Source: Podarcis bocagei (lineage: Eukaryota). From it: a stretch of DNA of 64,000 nucleotides. The stretch lies in the NCBI GenBank assembly GCA_964188305.1, contig OZ076893.1; one strand, written 5' to 3'. The notes beneath the pieces are model-generated. The model saw only the letters and a program-made list of their open reading frames with translations. It searched no databases and was not told the origin of the DNA. The position numbers and the translations under genes are program-made. Below are positions 11,590 to 23,781 of the stretch, one piece after another. Each line of letters starts with the position of its first letter. Within the stretch, counting starts at the first letter, position 1.

Positions 11590-13669
11590 GATTTCTTGGC
11601 TTGTTTCGCTGAAGGATTGATTTGACAACACTGTGGAATATATTTGCTTTGTATTTGACTGGGTTCAACCTGTATTTTGCTTGAAGAACTCTTTGCATTC
11701 TGTTGCCTTCCTAGAAGCTACAAATACATCATTGACATGTCATGTAATATGTGAAAACCATGACAGTACATAGATGCCATGTTGAATTACTTGTCACTTA
11801 GTGAATAGACGGATCAGCTTCTATGTATTAGGAGGAGGAATCTTTCTTCCAAGAGTAGGATCCTGTAGACATTATCTATGTTCTTGAATCTGCCATGAAC
11901 CAATTAATTGCAGTATGATTGACAAACTTTGTTTCCTCATTTAAATCCAAATTGTAGTTTGTTGATGTGTACAGACACAGAGGAGGCAGTGATCGCATGT
12001 ACAATTTTTGAAAAGCTGACACTGTTTTCACACCTGGCATGAATCCAGCTTAGCAGCACATGTGTCTGCTCCCTCATAGTGAAGTTGTGTTCCATCAGCT
12101 GTCTGATGTCCACATCAGCAGGTCAAATACTGGAACAGCTTGATGCATCTACTCCAAAGACGCTTCTGTATACTTGGAGAACGTTTCACTAAGGATCTGG
12201 CTAATATGAAATCTTTGAATGTCACTGAAATAAGACGTGTTCTTGCTTCACCATTCAGTCTTCAGGTGGGGAATGTCTTTTTTCTGGACTGGTATGTATG
12301 CTTTCCTGGTATATTTTATCTTCCCATTATCACTTCACCATTATTCCTTTTTGCCAGCATGAAAACAATCAACCTAAACACCAAGAAGGCCTTACAAGCA
12401 AAACCTTGGCCACAATAAAGGCTCCACTAAAAGAGAAGTGGTGATCAATGTGTATTTATGATACTTATTCTAAGCAATATACAATTATACACTGAAATGT
12501 AAGTGCTGTTTTTTTCTGTGCATGACCTTGTATGAATGTTTTTGTGTGTGCACTTACATGCATGATTCATATGCAGTGACAGGGACCATAAATTGTTGCC
12601 ATAGAATTATGAGTAGGACTGGGTGATGAAAATGTAGTCTGGGGAGAACCATTTGAAAATGGTGCATTTGAAAGAAAGAAGACTGGAATGCAGCAGACGT
12701 AGAGCTGGGGCATGGGCCTTGGAAGCAGTACCTGTCTGGGCAGTGGGTGGCAGGCTTTGTAGCTTGAAAGTGTACTGTCAGTGAATGGGGAACACCCATG
12801 CTTGGTGAAACCACAGTCAACTCACTTTCAGGAGAAATAACTTGAGGAACCAGTTCATACTGCTACTGTGAAAAGGCCATCAGTAGCAATAAAGGTGAGT
12901 ATGCATTCATGCACCTCACTGCACGTAACATGTTACTTATATATGCATCCGGCATTAAGTTTCTAATGACCACTGAAATCAATAGGCTTAGGTGTGCTTA
13001 ACTCTGTGTTGGTATGTAGCTTATCCTGAAAAAAATACTTTTTGTGTATACTTTGTTAAAAGCAGTAATTCAAACATTGTTTTGACACTGCTTGCTGCAA
13101 ATGCAGCCCTATACACTTTTACCTGGGAGTGAGTCACATTGTGGGGCTTCTGAGTAAGCATGTATAGGATTGCATTGTAAGACTATATTATGAACCACCA
13201 CAATTTGCAGCTGTGACTTTAAAATACTGAATTTTATATAAATATAGATTAGTTCCCTTTCTCCATGTTTGTAATATTAGTAATAAATAAAATTGATTTA
13301 AAATCAGTAGTTTACCTTTTTATTTAACAACAGCGTTAACTAATTTTTAAAAATAACTTATATTGTTGTTTTTAATGGAAAATCGTAGCTAATCTATGTT
13401 AAGTGATCTTTCGGTATTCCCCTTGGGATCAAATGGGTGATGGGAATAATATGGGACACAAATTTGTTCCATATTCCCATTATATAGGGTAGCATATATT
13501 GTGAGGCCTAGTGTGGACTCTTAAATAGTGTTCGTGAAGTATACCCACAGTAGTTTTCTCAAAACTTTGAGACCTTTGTCATTATTATATTTTTAGTCTG
13601 CCTTTTCTTGAACCCAAAGCAACATAGATTCTCTCATCCTCTCTATCCTTGTGACTCTGGAGTGAGCAG

Positions 13670-13820
13670 AGAATAATAGAATCATAGAATTGTAGAGTTG
13701 GAAGGAACTATGAGGGTCATCTAGTTCAACCTCATGCAGTGCAGGATTATTTTGCCCAACGTAGGGCTCAAACCCACAACCCCAAGATGAAGAGTCTCGT
13801 GCTCTGGACTGAGCTATTCA
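13670..13820 (-). mobile_element. tRNA-Lys(CTT)-like-headed SINE with CR1 tail
   Basis: Minus strand reads atagctcagtccagagcacgagactcttcatcttggggttgtgggtttgagccctacgttgggc (tRNA-Lys-like), followed by the same CR1-type tail as 6407-6540. Confidence 0.75.
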
Positions 13821-14889
13821 GTAGAATGAGAGACTAGTTGAATTTATTATGCACCTCTTACAAGCAGGCATAGTAGAATATTTTGGGAAGTCATGTTAAA
13901 TTATATGAACACACTAATCAAGTGTACCTAGAATACTTTAAGAGAAAAAACAAAACCAATTTCTCTTCTAGATTCTATTATATGAACCTGAGAACAACTG
14001 TCAAAACGGTCTGTTTCTCTAGCTGTCCATACAGCTAATCATTTCAGCTACTAGCATCCATCCTGGACTCAATATTAACAGGAAATAGTTGCCTAACATA
14101 ATCTGCAGATTACCCATAGAAAGTTACATGCATCTGCTTTGCCTCCCCTCCTACAGCTCAGTCATCCTTTGCTCACTTCCTCCTTTGCACACTGTGGGGC
14201 AAAACCAAAGTTCTGATTGCTACAGTCAATACTAGAAGAGAGTAGGCGAAGTGATGAATGGAAGAATGGATTGAGGGGTTGGGGGCTGTAACATCCTGTC
14301 TCTGCCTGGGATTTTTTGAAAGCTCAGCAATGATTTATGGGTTAATATTTGGCATTCCTAGAACAGAATCTTCTGCCCACTACAGTTCCAAAGTCTCCAT
14401 TTTGATGTGATGGATTTTAATCCTAGAGGCTTCCATATTACCCAAGGGCTTGTTATATACCTCCCCTCTCTCCTTCAATAAGCATTGAGCACATTCTTAA
14501 CTGCTTAATCAAGTGTTTGTTTCTACATATATGCTGTTTTCCAGTTTAGAAAAAGTAATGCCTCTGTGTGAATATAACATATAGCAGAATCTAAAACTAA
14601 GCGTAAAAATGTTAAGTGCTACACTGTACTTTTCCCACCTCTTAGCTTCTTCAATTTCAGCTAACAATGTTTCAAGATACAAAATTTGTGGTCTGGATTT
14701 TAAATTCAAAGAAAATTAACTGATTTAACAGATTATAAACTCATACTGAAAGTAGCAGCTAGTATAATGGTCAGCTATCTTGATGCAGGCTAGAGATGTT
14801 TCAAGATGTATATTCAGAATTGCTTAACACATAAATGAGTTGTTTAAAACACTTTACTCACAACAGGTGTTGAACTCACAATATATGTA

Positions 14890-15136
14890 CAGTGGTACCT
14901 CGCAAGACGAATGCCTCGGAAGACGAAAAACTCGCAAGACGAAAGAGTTTTTCATTTTTTGAGTTGCTTCGCAAGACGAATTTCCCTATGGGCTTGCTTT
15001 GCAAGACAAAAACGTCTTGCAAGTTTGTTTCCTTTTTCTTAAAACCGCTTGAAGAGGTGCAGTTGCGACTTGACCGTGCTTCGCAAGACGAAAAAACTCG
15101 CAGAACGAATTAATTTCGTCTTGCGAGGCACCACTG
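14890..15136. mobile_element. Tigger-like MITE (family C), opposite orientation to 10654
   Basis: TA-CAGTGGTACCTCGCAAGACGAA...TTCGTCTTGCGAGGCACCACTG-TA. Confidence 0.9.
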
Positions 15137-16049
15137 TAATTAATGGGTGGACTCACCCAACCCCCTTCCAGAGCTGAATTATGAAAGAATTCTAAATGGT
15201 GCACATATGGAACAAGGGAATAGTATTCTCGGCTAATTGACATGTAACGTACACTTATGATCTTGTGCGTATATGAAGTCCATGTAACACCTAAAATCGT
15301 GAACTTTAACCTCCAAAGACTTACAATGAAATCTAGTCTAACCATGCATCAAATTATAGCAGTGCTTGAGCCACTAAACTAAGTTGGGTATCTACTTATC
15401 CCGTGAGAGCTCTGGTGCCTTTAATAATTGTGTGGCATGCAGATGTTTCAGACTTGCACCTGCTAGATATGTCTACCATATGTGTATATATAAAGTACAA
15501 GAACACAGTCTTGAGTCAGAAATTAAAACTTCATTGGGGAGCTGCTGGGAGATGCAATGGCATTCATGTGTGATGGGACTTCAGAAACATGAAACCTGAG
15601 GATAAGCAAATGGCCAGCACGCTTATGGCCTATTCACATGAACACTTAAACTACATTAGCAGATAGTTTTGTCAAATATTAACCTGGATGTGTTATCCCT
15701 ACACTTAAAAGCCCTGTTTTGGACCTTTCAAAGGGACAGGCCTGATCTCCTAATTGGACTCTTAAATAACATTAATTCTTTCTGTTCCCCGGAACACAGA
15801 CTTGGATTCAGAGAAGCAAGCAGAGTTCGTCCCCACCTTCACAAGTTTATCGAAAAGCAGTGGTATTTTCTGTGGAGAATGGCTCTATTTATTTTTAAAA
15901 AATTTGGTCGTTCATGGGCTCCTTGAATTTAGAAATTATCCCACGCTTTATCATTTTACAGTAAGGACGAATTATCGCCGCCCACCCGGAAGAACCTGTC
16001 TTTATATATGGCCATAAATTGCTATTTTTTTTGGGGTGGGGTGGGGGGA

Positions 16050-18830
16050 GAGACACGGGACATCCCATGAGGCAGGCAGGAGGCGGGCCGTGGTTCTCGG
16101 ACAATTCCAGCACAGGACACATGGCGGTTGTTTCATCGCGTGCACAACTAACACTGTGCCCTTCAGGCGGACGCGGTTCTAGAAGATCACACGGTTAAGG
16201 AGAGATTGGCAGCGGCATGTTGGAAGCACGACTGAACACACCGGGGCGGGCAGGATTCTCCCCTAGAAACGAGGCGGCGGTGAAGTCCTTTGGAGAGTCT
16301 TTCCGTCGCAGGTGCTTTTCCCACCCTCCGCGCCCCCTTCTTCTCCCATAATAACTCTGCGGAAGGAGGGTCCCTTCTTTTCCTCCCGGGCGCCGCCGAA
16401 CTTTTCCACAGCCCCGGCGGGAGTTGCTCCACTCCGCCTGAAGCGGCAGCGGCGGCGTGTTCTGTGCGGCCAGGTTAAGCTGCGTGAGGCCCCGAGCGAG
16501 CAGCAGGCTCCGTCCTGGGAACGCCGCCCCTCTCTGGCCGGCCATTCGCCCGCGGGCGAGGCAGGGCGCCACCTCGCTATCTCCATGTCGATATCTGGGT
16601 CCTGGACGCCGTCCTCCTCTCCGCCCCGCCCCCTTCCCCTCCCGTCGCTTGAGGGCGGCGGGCGAAGAAGTGGGTGTCGACTTGTCTGAGCCCTTGTGTA
16701 CCCGGCGCCCTGTCAGCGCTTGACGCCCCCCTCCCCCAACCGTCCATCTCCCTTTCCTTCCTTCTTTCCTGAGGGCGGGGGGGGGAGGAGGAGAGTGTCC
16801 TCGTGGAGAGCGGAGGCCGAGGGGGGGGGGAGGAGAGGAGGAAGGAAGGAAAGAAAGCGGAGGAGGGAGTTAGTGACCTGACCCCCTCCCCCCGCTGCCC
16901 TTTTAGGAAGGCTGGATTCTTGCATAAATTATGCCGGTGGCTGATGACGTGTAACCTTGTGGGGCGGGGTTTGCGGGCGCGCGCACTCTCCCTCCTTCCC
17001 TCTCTCCCCCCCCCGCCCCGCTCGCTCGTCCACGGGAGGCAGGCAAGGAGGGAGGGAGAGAGGGCAAGTGGCGTCGGGAACGCGCCTCGTGGCGGGCGGA
17101 GGGAGCGAGCGAGCGACGGGGGCGGGCGAGCGGACAGGCAGGGGGCGGTAGCAGCAACGGCAGCCGCTCGGCTGGCTGGTGTGTCGCTCGGCTTTTGCGG
17201 ACGCGCTCGGGAACTATCGGATTAAACTTGAATCGAGTGAAATTACACAAAGGAGCGAAGCGGACCCGGGACCCGGTGGAGACCCGGAGACCCTCGCTGA
17301 CCCCCCTGCCCGCCCTTCTCGCCGGCCCTGGTCAGGGATCTCCGCCCGCCTCGCTTTGACCGCCCGGCCGAAACCAACTCCCGGTGCGTGTGCGCGTGTG
17401 TGGGTCTCTCTCTCTCTCTCTTCGTGTTTGTTTGTTTGTGAGGGAGAGGCGCTCGCTCGCTCTCCGGCTCTCTCGCCCCCCCCCCGTCCGCTCCCGAGGA
17501 CGCCTCCGCCGCGCCAGCCCTGACCCCGGTGAGTGACCCGCGCCTCAGAGCCGCCTCGGAGGCAGCCTAGAGGGCAGCGCCGGCGCGCCGGGCGAGAGAG
17601 AGCGCGGCTGTCCGCGGCCCACAGCCGGTCCGGCGGAGGGCGGGGGGAGCGGAGGGGCGCGCGGTGTGTCGGCGAGCCTCGCCTGGTTCTCTGGTCCATG
17701 TGCATCCCTCGGCCGAGGAGCTTCCCAGGATGTAAAGCGGGGGGTGGGGGTGGGAGAGAGGAAGGAAGGAAAGAAAGAAAGAAAAGAAAGAGGAGGGAGA
17801 AGGGAGAAGAAGAAGAAGAAGCGACGAACCCACACGCCGGTGAGAGCGGGAGCCCGAGCGAGCCTGGCGGCTCTTCTCAGCCTGACCTCTCTCCTCTGCC
17901 TCCCCTCCCCCACTCCCTTTCCTCGAGCGCAAGTTTTGGAGGGCGATTAAAAGGAGAGGAAAAGTTGGGCGAAAGTCTCCGCGGGAGGAGGAGGGGCGGC
18001 GGGGGCCGGATCGCGGCGAGCGGGATGAGGCGACGGGCTGAGCGCGGCGGCTCCCCGGGAAGGCTCCCCCCTCCTCCGCCCGCCCGCCCTGCTGGCCACG
18101 CTGAGCGCTCCCGGCCCTGGCAGCACAACAAGCGCTAACAAAGTGCGGGGGCCGCCCGCCTCGCCCCCCTCCACCCTCCCCGCCTCCTGCTAGCTTGACC
18201 CGGGGGCTCCTCGCGGACACATGGAGCCATGGGAGGAGGAGGAGAGAGAAAGAGAAGAGAGCCCAAGGAAATGGAGGTGATGATAGAGGAGGAGGAGTGG
18301 TGGTGGCGGGGGGGGGGGCGGCGAGAGAAGAGAAGAGGCACGAGGTTGTGCCGGGGTTATTTGTCTTCGCTGGAAAGGAGCGGGGAGGCTGGCGGTAGGA
18401 GTGAAACGGGAATCACACGGGGGGGGGGAGGAGATCACGACTGTTTCCCAACAACCCAAGAAGAAAGCGTGTGTGTGTGTGGTTTTTTGTGCTGGGGGGG
18501 GAGGGAGAGACGCTCCCCAGGCAGCTTGGATTGGGGCTGGTGGCGGAGGCGATAGCAGTAACAGCAACAACAACATAATAGGAGACTTAACCCCGCGGAC
18601 CAAGTCTGCTTCCCTTTCTCTGTGTGTGTCTCTCTCCCTCTCTCTCCCCCCCCCCTCCCGCCGGGCGATCTCTTCCTTTCGCCTGCGCGCTTCCCCCTCT
18701 CTGTCTTTTCCCCTGATCGAGAGCGGGTCGCTGAGAAGGTCTCCCTGGTGGCCGTAGTTTTCCCCCCTCCCTTCCCGAAACCAAGGCCATTTTGAGGGTG
18801 AGCGGAAAAGGTGGTTTGAGGCCAGGCGGT
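16050..18830 (+). promoter_or_regulatory. CHD7: CHD7 promoter CpG island
   Basis: About 2.8 kb of very GC/CpG-rich DNA containing exon 1. Palindromic GCATAA-A-TTATGC (16922-16934), TGACGT (16945-16950), GC box GGGGCGGGG (16961-16969). Confidence 0.9.
17100..17528 (+). other. CHD7: CHD7 non-coding exon 1 (5' boundary approximate)
   Basis: Contains gggaactatcggattaaacttgaatcgagtgaaattacacaaaggagcg, which I recognise from the human CHD7 5'UTR. Ends at the strong donor CCG|GTGAGT (GT 17529-17530). Confidence 0.8.
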
Positions 18831-20795
18831 CAGGGAGTGTATGTGTTTAGGTTTGATTCATAAAGGGAAATGGGGTTGGCCGGGAATTTTGTTTCTCCTT
18901 TGGCTCTGGTGGGTGGGTGCTGAATGTGGGGCTGGTGGAAGTAGGAAGCGGACGCTGGGGATGTGCCGGGGGGGGGGGACACTGGAGGTGGGTAGGGAAG
19001 GTTGTTAGTGGGTCACAGGGAGCAGCCATCATTATATTGCATTCATTTTTCCTGATAGCATTATATAAGGGGACACCCTTCTGTATTAGGAGGCACCCCC
19101 TTAATCTACCGGTGGGGCAGGCGGGGGGGGGGAACACATTAAGCTCGTGGGATTTACCACATAGGCAATAAATCGGATGAGTTTCTCCAGATCACTTTGG
19201 GATAGTGCTCACGCCTTCCTTTTAAAGTACTTTTAAAACGGACAATGGACAAAAGAAAAGTAGCAACGCGCTGGGAGTTTCCTTTGAATTACTAGAGATT
19301 TTTTAGATACAACAGCCAACTCATTCTACTTTGCCTTTGCTTTTGTTTGGTGTAGTACTGAATGTGCTTTCCAAGCAGATCTTGGTGAGGTTTTTTTTTT
19401 TTCATTTGCAGTGAGCTTTTTGACCACTTGCTACTCATAGATTTCGGTTTGCAAACTTAAAATTTCAAACCGATATGGCCCTTCTCTCCTCCTCCCACTT
19501 AGGAGATGTGTTCCTTAGAATATATATCTATTTAATAGAAGCTCATCAGCTTTTATCCTGGTGGAAATACACTTTTATATCTCATATTACAATAACTACA
19601 AATTTTAAGATAAAAGTTGAACAATTTTTTGTTTTCTTGCAGATCATCCATTCTAACGGAGGCAAAAAATCTTAGTGACTGTGACCCTAGCAGCATGGGT
19701 AGCCGATTTATCCCAATTACAAATTCAGTTAGTTTGCAGTAATGTGTGAGTATTATTTTATTCTTGTTGTTAAAAAGCACAGTTGCTAACTATTTTTTGT
19801 AGGAATTGATGTTGATATTTTTTCCAATTAGAGTGCTGTGTCTGTTGCTTAGAGTATTTTTGTATTGCTGTTGCACAACAGAGGCTCTTGTCTTTAACCT
19901 AAAATGGCAGCTTAATTTGACTAGGGCCCCATTCATTGACAGTGATAATAAAAAGGCTGAAAGCTAAATGTAGCTGGATGCTTGGAGTACATTTGAGAAT
20001 TCTACCTTGCATTATAGGATGGCACAGAAAGAGCAGCTTCCATCCAGAGTACAATCGTTTACAACAAAACATCTTATTTTGAAGTATTTGTTAATAAACA
20101 ATGGACAGAAAGTTGAATAATCATGAAGGGGCTTGGAAGGTTTATCATTTCCCTTCCTCCAGACCCTGTCCAAAATAGAATTGAACTGCTCTACAATATT
20201 CACTATTGTTTGAAGTAGTGGGCTCCATTTCTGAAGTATGAAACAGGTGACTGTCATTCGTGTCCATATTTTTAAATGGGGCATTTACTTTTTCTCATCA
20301 CAATAGTTTAATACTAATTTGGAGTATAATTTATTTCCTGACAAATTGTTACTTAAGCATATGTTCACAAGTTTTTATAGGACATGTCCTATTTCAAATC
20401 ATGTATTGTAAATTGTGCTAGTTATCAAAAGATTCTACAAAATACCAACTATTTCTGGAAGATACAGATATCTACCTTATTTTTGAACCATTTAATTTGC
20501 AAAGGGTATTCTATTGCATATTTTAATCCTTGAAATTTGAGATAACAACAAAAAAGAATTTGGGATTCTTGCTAGCTTCTTAAAAATCCTGCAAGATTTC
20601 TTTAAATAGTAAGTCTAGGAAGGGTTTTTAATACCTTTAAAAACTAATACATACTGAATTACTTTGGTGTCAGGGTTTTTTTTCAACTTCACCTTGGTCT
20701 TGAAGAATATCAGATATGATAAAATGTAATGTTAATGCATTGTACTTGTATAACACAAGGCTAGAATACCTGTGGTTTTTAAGTCAATTCTAATA

Positions 20796-21025
20796 CAGTG
20801 GTGCCTCACAAGACGGAATTAATTCGTTCCGCAAGTTTTGCCGTCTAGCGAATTTTTCGTCTTGCGAAGCACGGTTTTAACGGTTTAACAAAGTCGCGAG
20901 ACATTTTCGTCTTGCGAAGCAAACCCATAGGGAAATTCGTCTTGCGAGGCAAATCGAAAACGGAAAAACCTTTCGTCTAGCGAGTTTTTTGTCTTGCGAG
21001 GCATTCGTCTTGCGAGGTACCACTG
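20796..21025. mobile_element. Tigger-like MITE (family C)
   Basis: TA-CAGTGGTGCCTCACAAGACG...CGTCTTGCGAGGTACCACTG-TA. Confidence 0.9.
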
Positions 21026-21061
21026 TAGCTTATTTTAAGGTCCACTACTATAGCTTATTTT

Positions 21062-21082
21062 GGTCAGGGGTCCCTTTACCTT
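21062..21082 (+). mobile_element. Extremely 5'-truncated Sauria SINE tail (21 nt) with 16-bp target-site duplication
   Basis: ggtcaggggtccctttacctt is identical to the 3' end of the copy at 56518-56714. Flanked by tactatagcttatttt (21046-21061) and tactatcgcttatttt (21083-21098). Confidence 0.8.
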
Positions 21083-23078
21083 TACTATCGCTTATTTTAG
21101 ATATACGTTATAAATGTTTTTCAGATTCAGTTGGATTCAAAGGTTCTGTTCTATAACGGAGGGTTCATTTGAGCCAATCCACCAAATCTAGTCAGTTACA
21201 AGAATATTTTCAGTTTCATAATACATATTATTTTGTAAGCATCCAAGGAGCTTATATTGGTTGCTGATTACTGTTTTATTGAAGCATGTTGACAGAATTT
21301 TTTTTGCAGCTTCTAAGTATGGTGCTGGTGCATGGAAAATTTAATATATTACACTTTTCTAAATACAGAAGCAAGGTAATAAAAGAAAGTCCCAATCTAT
21401 TCTTACTATTTGAAGGGGATAATCTTCTTATTTATTTGTTTTATTTTGCCTTAAAATGTTTGCTAAGTTACAAGATTTGGAACTTCTGGAACATCGCCTT
21501 TTTCATACATTTGTATAAGAAAGAGCATGAAAATCAAGTGTGGTGGTTATATTGTTTTAATGGCATGTATGATTACTGGGAAGCAACATCCAATCAAGAT
21601 TTCAAACGATCAACAGTTAAAAAGTTGAATGTGGCATGGTCTGAACTCGGCTCTGGAAATACTTGGTCCTTCCTCTTATGATAAGTTGAGCCTTGAAAAA
21701 ACTTGAAAACCACTGAGAGTTTGCTGCTTTTTGAATGCTCTGAAAGTCAGGACAATCATCACCCTTCTCTCTGGCTTGGCACTGGAGAGAAATGGGTGAC
21801 TTGCCTCCATCCTTATGCTGAGCCTTAGATGTTCTGCAACCACCTGCCTCTTATTCTTCGGGGAAAGGTGGCAAGCATAGATAGCTACTAAGGCTATCCA
21901 TAATTTGTGGGCCTCTGGAAGTAGCTGTATATGGATATATTTTTGCAATAAGCCAGTGCAGAGTTTGAAGTTTTTGAAGGAAAAATAGAGGTTGTAAAAG
22001 TGTGGCTCCTAAGTAGTTTTTGTCTTTTATGAAGTTTGCACTTTCAGCTCCACTTGACGATATGCTGTAGTAGGATCAGGTCTTTTTGAATGTGGAAACC
22101 CAGGATCAGGTCTTCCGCTTGGTCGATCTATACTTTATGTGGAAACCACATTTGTTACTGACACACAAAGGTTGTCCATAGCAAGCAAGTAAATTATGCA
22201 CATGCATGTGCATGTGTCCTAGCTGTCTGATCGCACAAACTGCTTTCAGCGACATGTTGTTTATTTGAGAGGTATTGTACTTCTGAATCCTTGGAAGATA
22301 TTCTAATTTTCAGACAAAGATGCATGAGCCAGAGCAATATTTTATTGCACAGGCTGACCTCTTAGATAGTAATGCTGTGCTATAGAAGTAAGGGCTTCAC
22401 ATAGGCCCTGCCTAATAGGAATGGCTTCAGTTGCAGATCACCTGTGCTCAGGCACAGATGAGGTACCACTTTTTTATAGTTTGGTGATTGCCCCATCTGC
22501 TTTTTCTGGAGTCCAGAAAAGGCCAGGAGCTGTCTCTGATCTCATGCTCAGCCTCCAAGACTTGGAAAGCAGTGGGACATCTTCCACTCCTTAATCTGTC
22601 CAAGATACAGTATGGCAGGGACACGCCCCTTCCCTTCTACCCAGCTTGGAGATGGGAGTTGGATTTGGGATCGCCTTTGAAATCTTATGAATCTCAGGTT
22701 AGGTCACAGTCAAGACTTCTCCCATCAACTCATTGTTGATGAATGAAAATGTTTGTTAGCTATTTTGTTAGCTTGGTCCAGTTTGTGGGCTGCTGTTCCA
22801 ATAAATCAAAGAGTGGCTAATGTGGCTAGAAAATGTATGAATTGCACTAGTCTTTATTTCAGAACTCAGGTTTATGCATGTTCCTATATGTAACAGTGCT
22901 GCACAGAATGAGTAGGCTATTGTTGGATCTGTATGAATGGGCCCAGCTTTCTTTCCATATGTAGAGAAGGCCAAAGTCATAAGCAGATAAGACACCATTT
23001 ACTATGTTGATTTCAAAATAGTTAGTTGTACCATACTGCTCTGATATTTCATAACAGTTTTTGTTTCAAAAATAAATA

Positions 23079-23329
23079 CCGTCGTACCTTGGTTGATGAA
23101 TACTTTAGCAGTTGAACGTTTTGCCTCCTGAAGGCCACAAACCCGGAAGTGAGTGCTCCGGTTTGCGAACGTTCTTTTGGAAGTCAAACGTCCAGCGGGA
23201 CTTCCGCGGCTTCTGATTGGCTGTAGGAGCTTCCTGCAGCCAATCGGAAGCCATACCTTGGAAGTCGAACGTTTTGGAAGTTGAACGGACTTCCGGACCA
23301 GATTCCGTTTGGCTTCCAAGGTACGACTG
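23079..23329. mobile_element. Tigger-like MITE (family B)
   Basis: TA-c(c)gtcgtaccttgg...ccaaggtacgactg-TA; internal gattggctg...cagccaatc palindrome; homologous to 29703-29936. Confidence 0.88.
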
Positions 23330-23738
23330 TATCTACTAGTGAAATGCACTAGGGAAACTTCAGTAACTGCCTAGGTTACATAGGCCTGCATCCTGATACT
23401 ATCCAAGTCTACTCACAAATCATTACCACTAGCACATCAGTGAAGATTTCTAACAGGTACATTTGGATTGCAGCCTTGTGGTATCCAATATTGTCCATCT
23501 GGTGATGAAGGGCATCCCAATGGAATGGGGTCAGGTGGCAGATTTCAGGTATTCCTGTCCTGCATCCCTCATGTCACATTAATTTTGCTAGAGAGTTTCC
23601 CCCAGCCTGCAGAAAGATTACTTTCTTCTTCCCCTGAAAGATGGCTTTCGACACCACCCATACAGTAGCTTTTTATGTAGAGATCATATTTGGTCCAGTT
23701 TGTTGTGGCCATTTACCCTAATTCCATATTTTGCAGAC

Positions 23739-23781
<43 letters not shown>
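23739..23781. repeat. (TAT)n microsatellite, ~14 units
   Basis: Perfect run visible directly. Confidence 0.98.

Noticed and set aside
9432-14300. snoRNA host gene hypothesis for the putative lncRNA
   Set aside because: Several TGATGA motifs are present, but I could not pair them with a properly placed CTGA and terminal stem.
16187-18790. Many 60-217 aa ORFs in the CHD7 island
   Set aside because: GC-rich low-complexity artefacts overlapping the promoter, exon 1 and intron 1.
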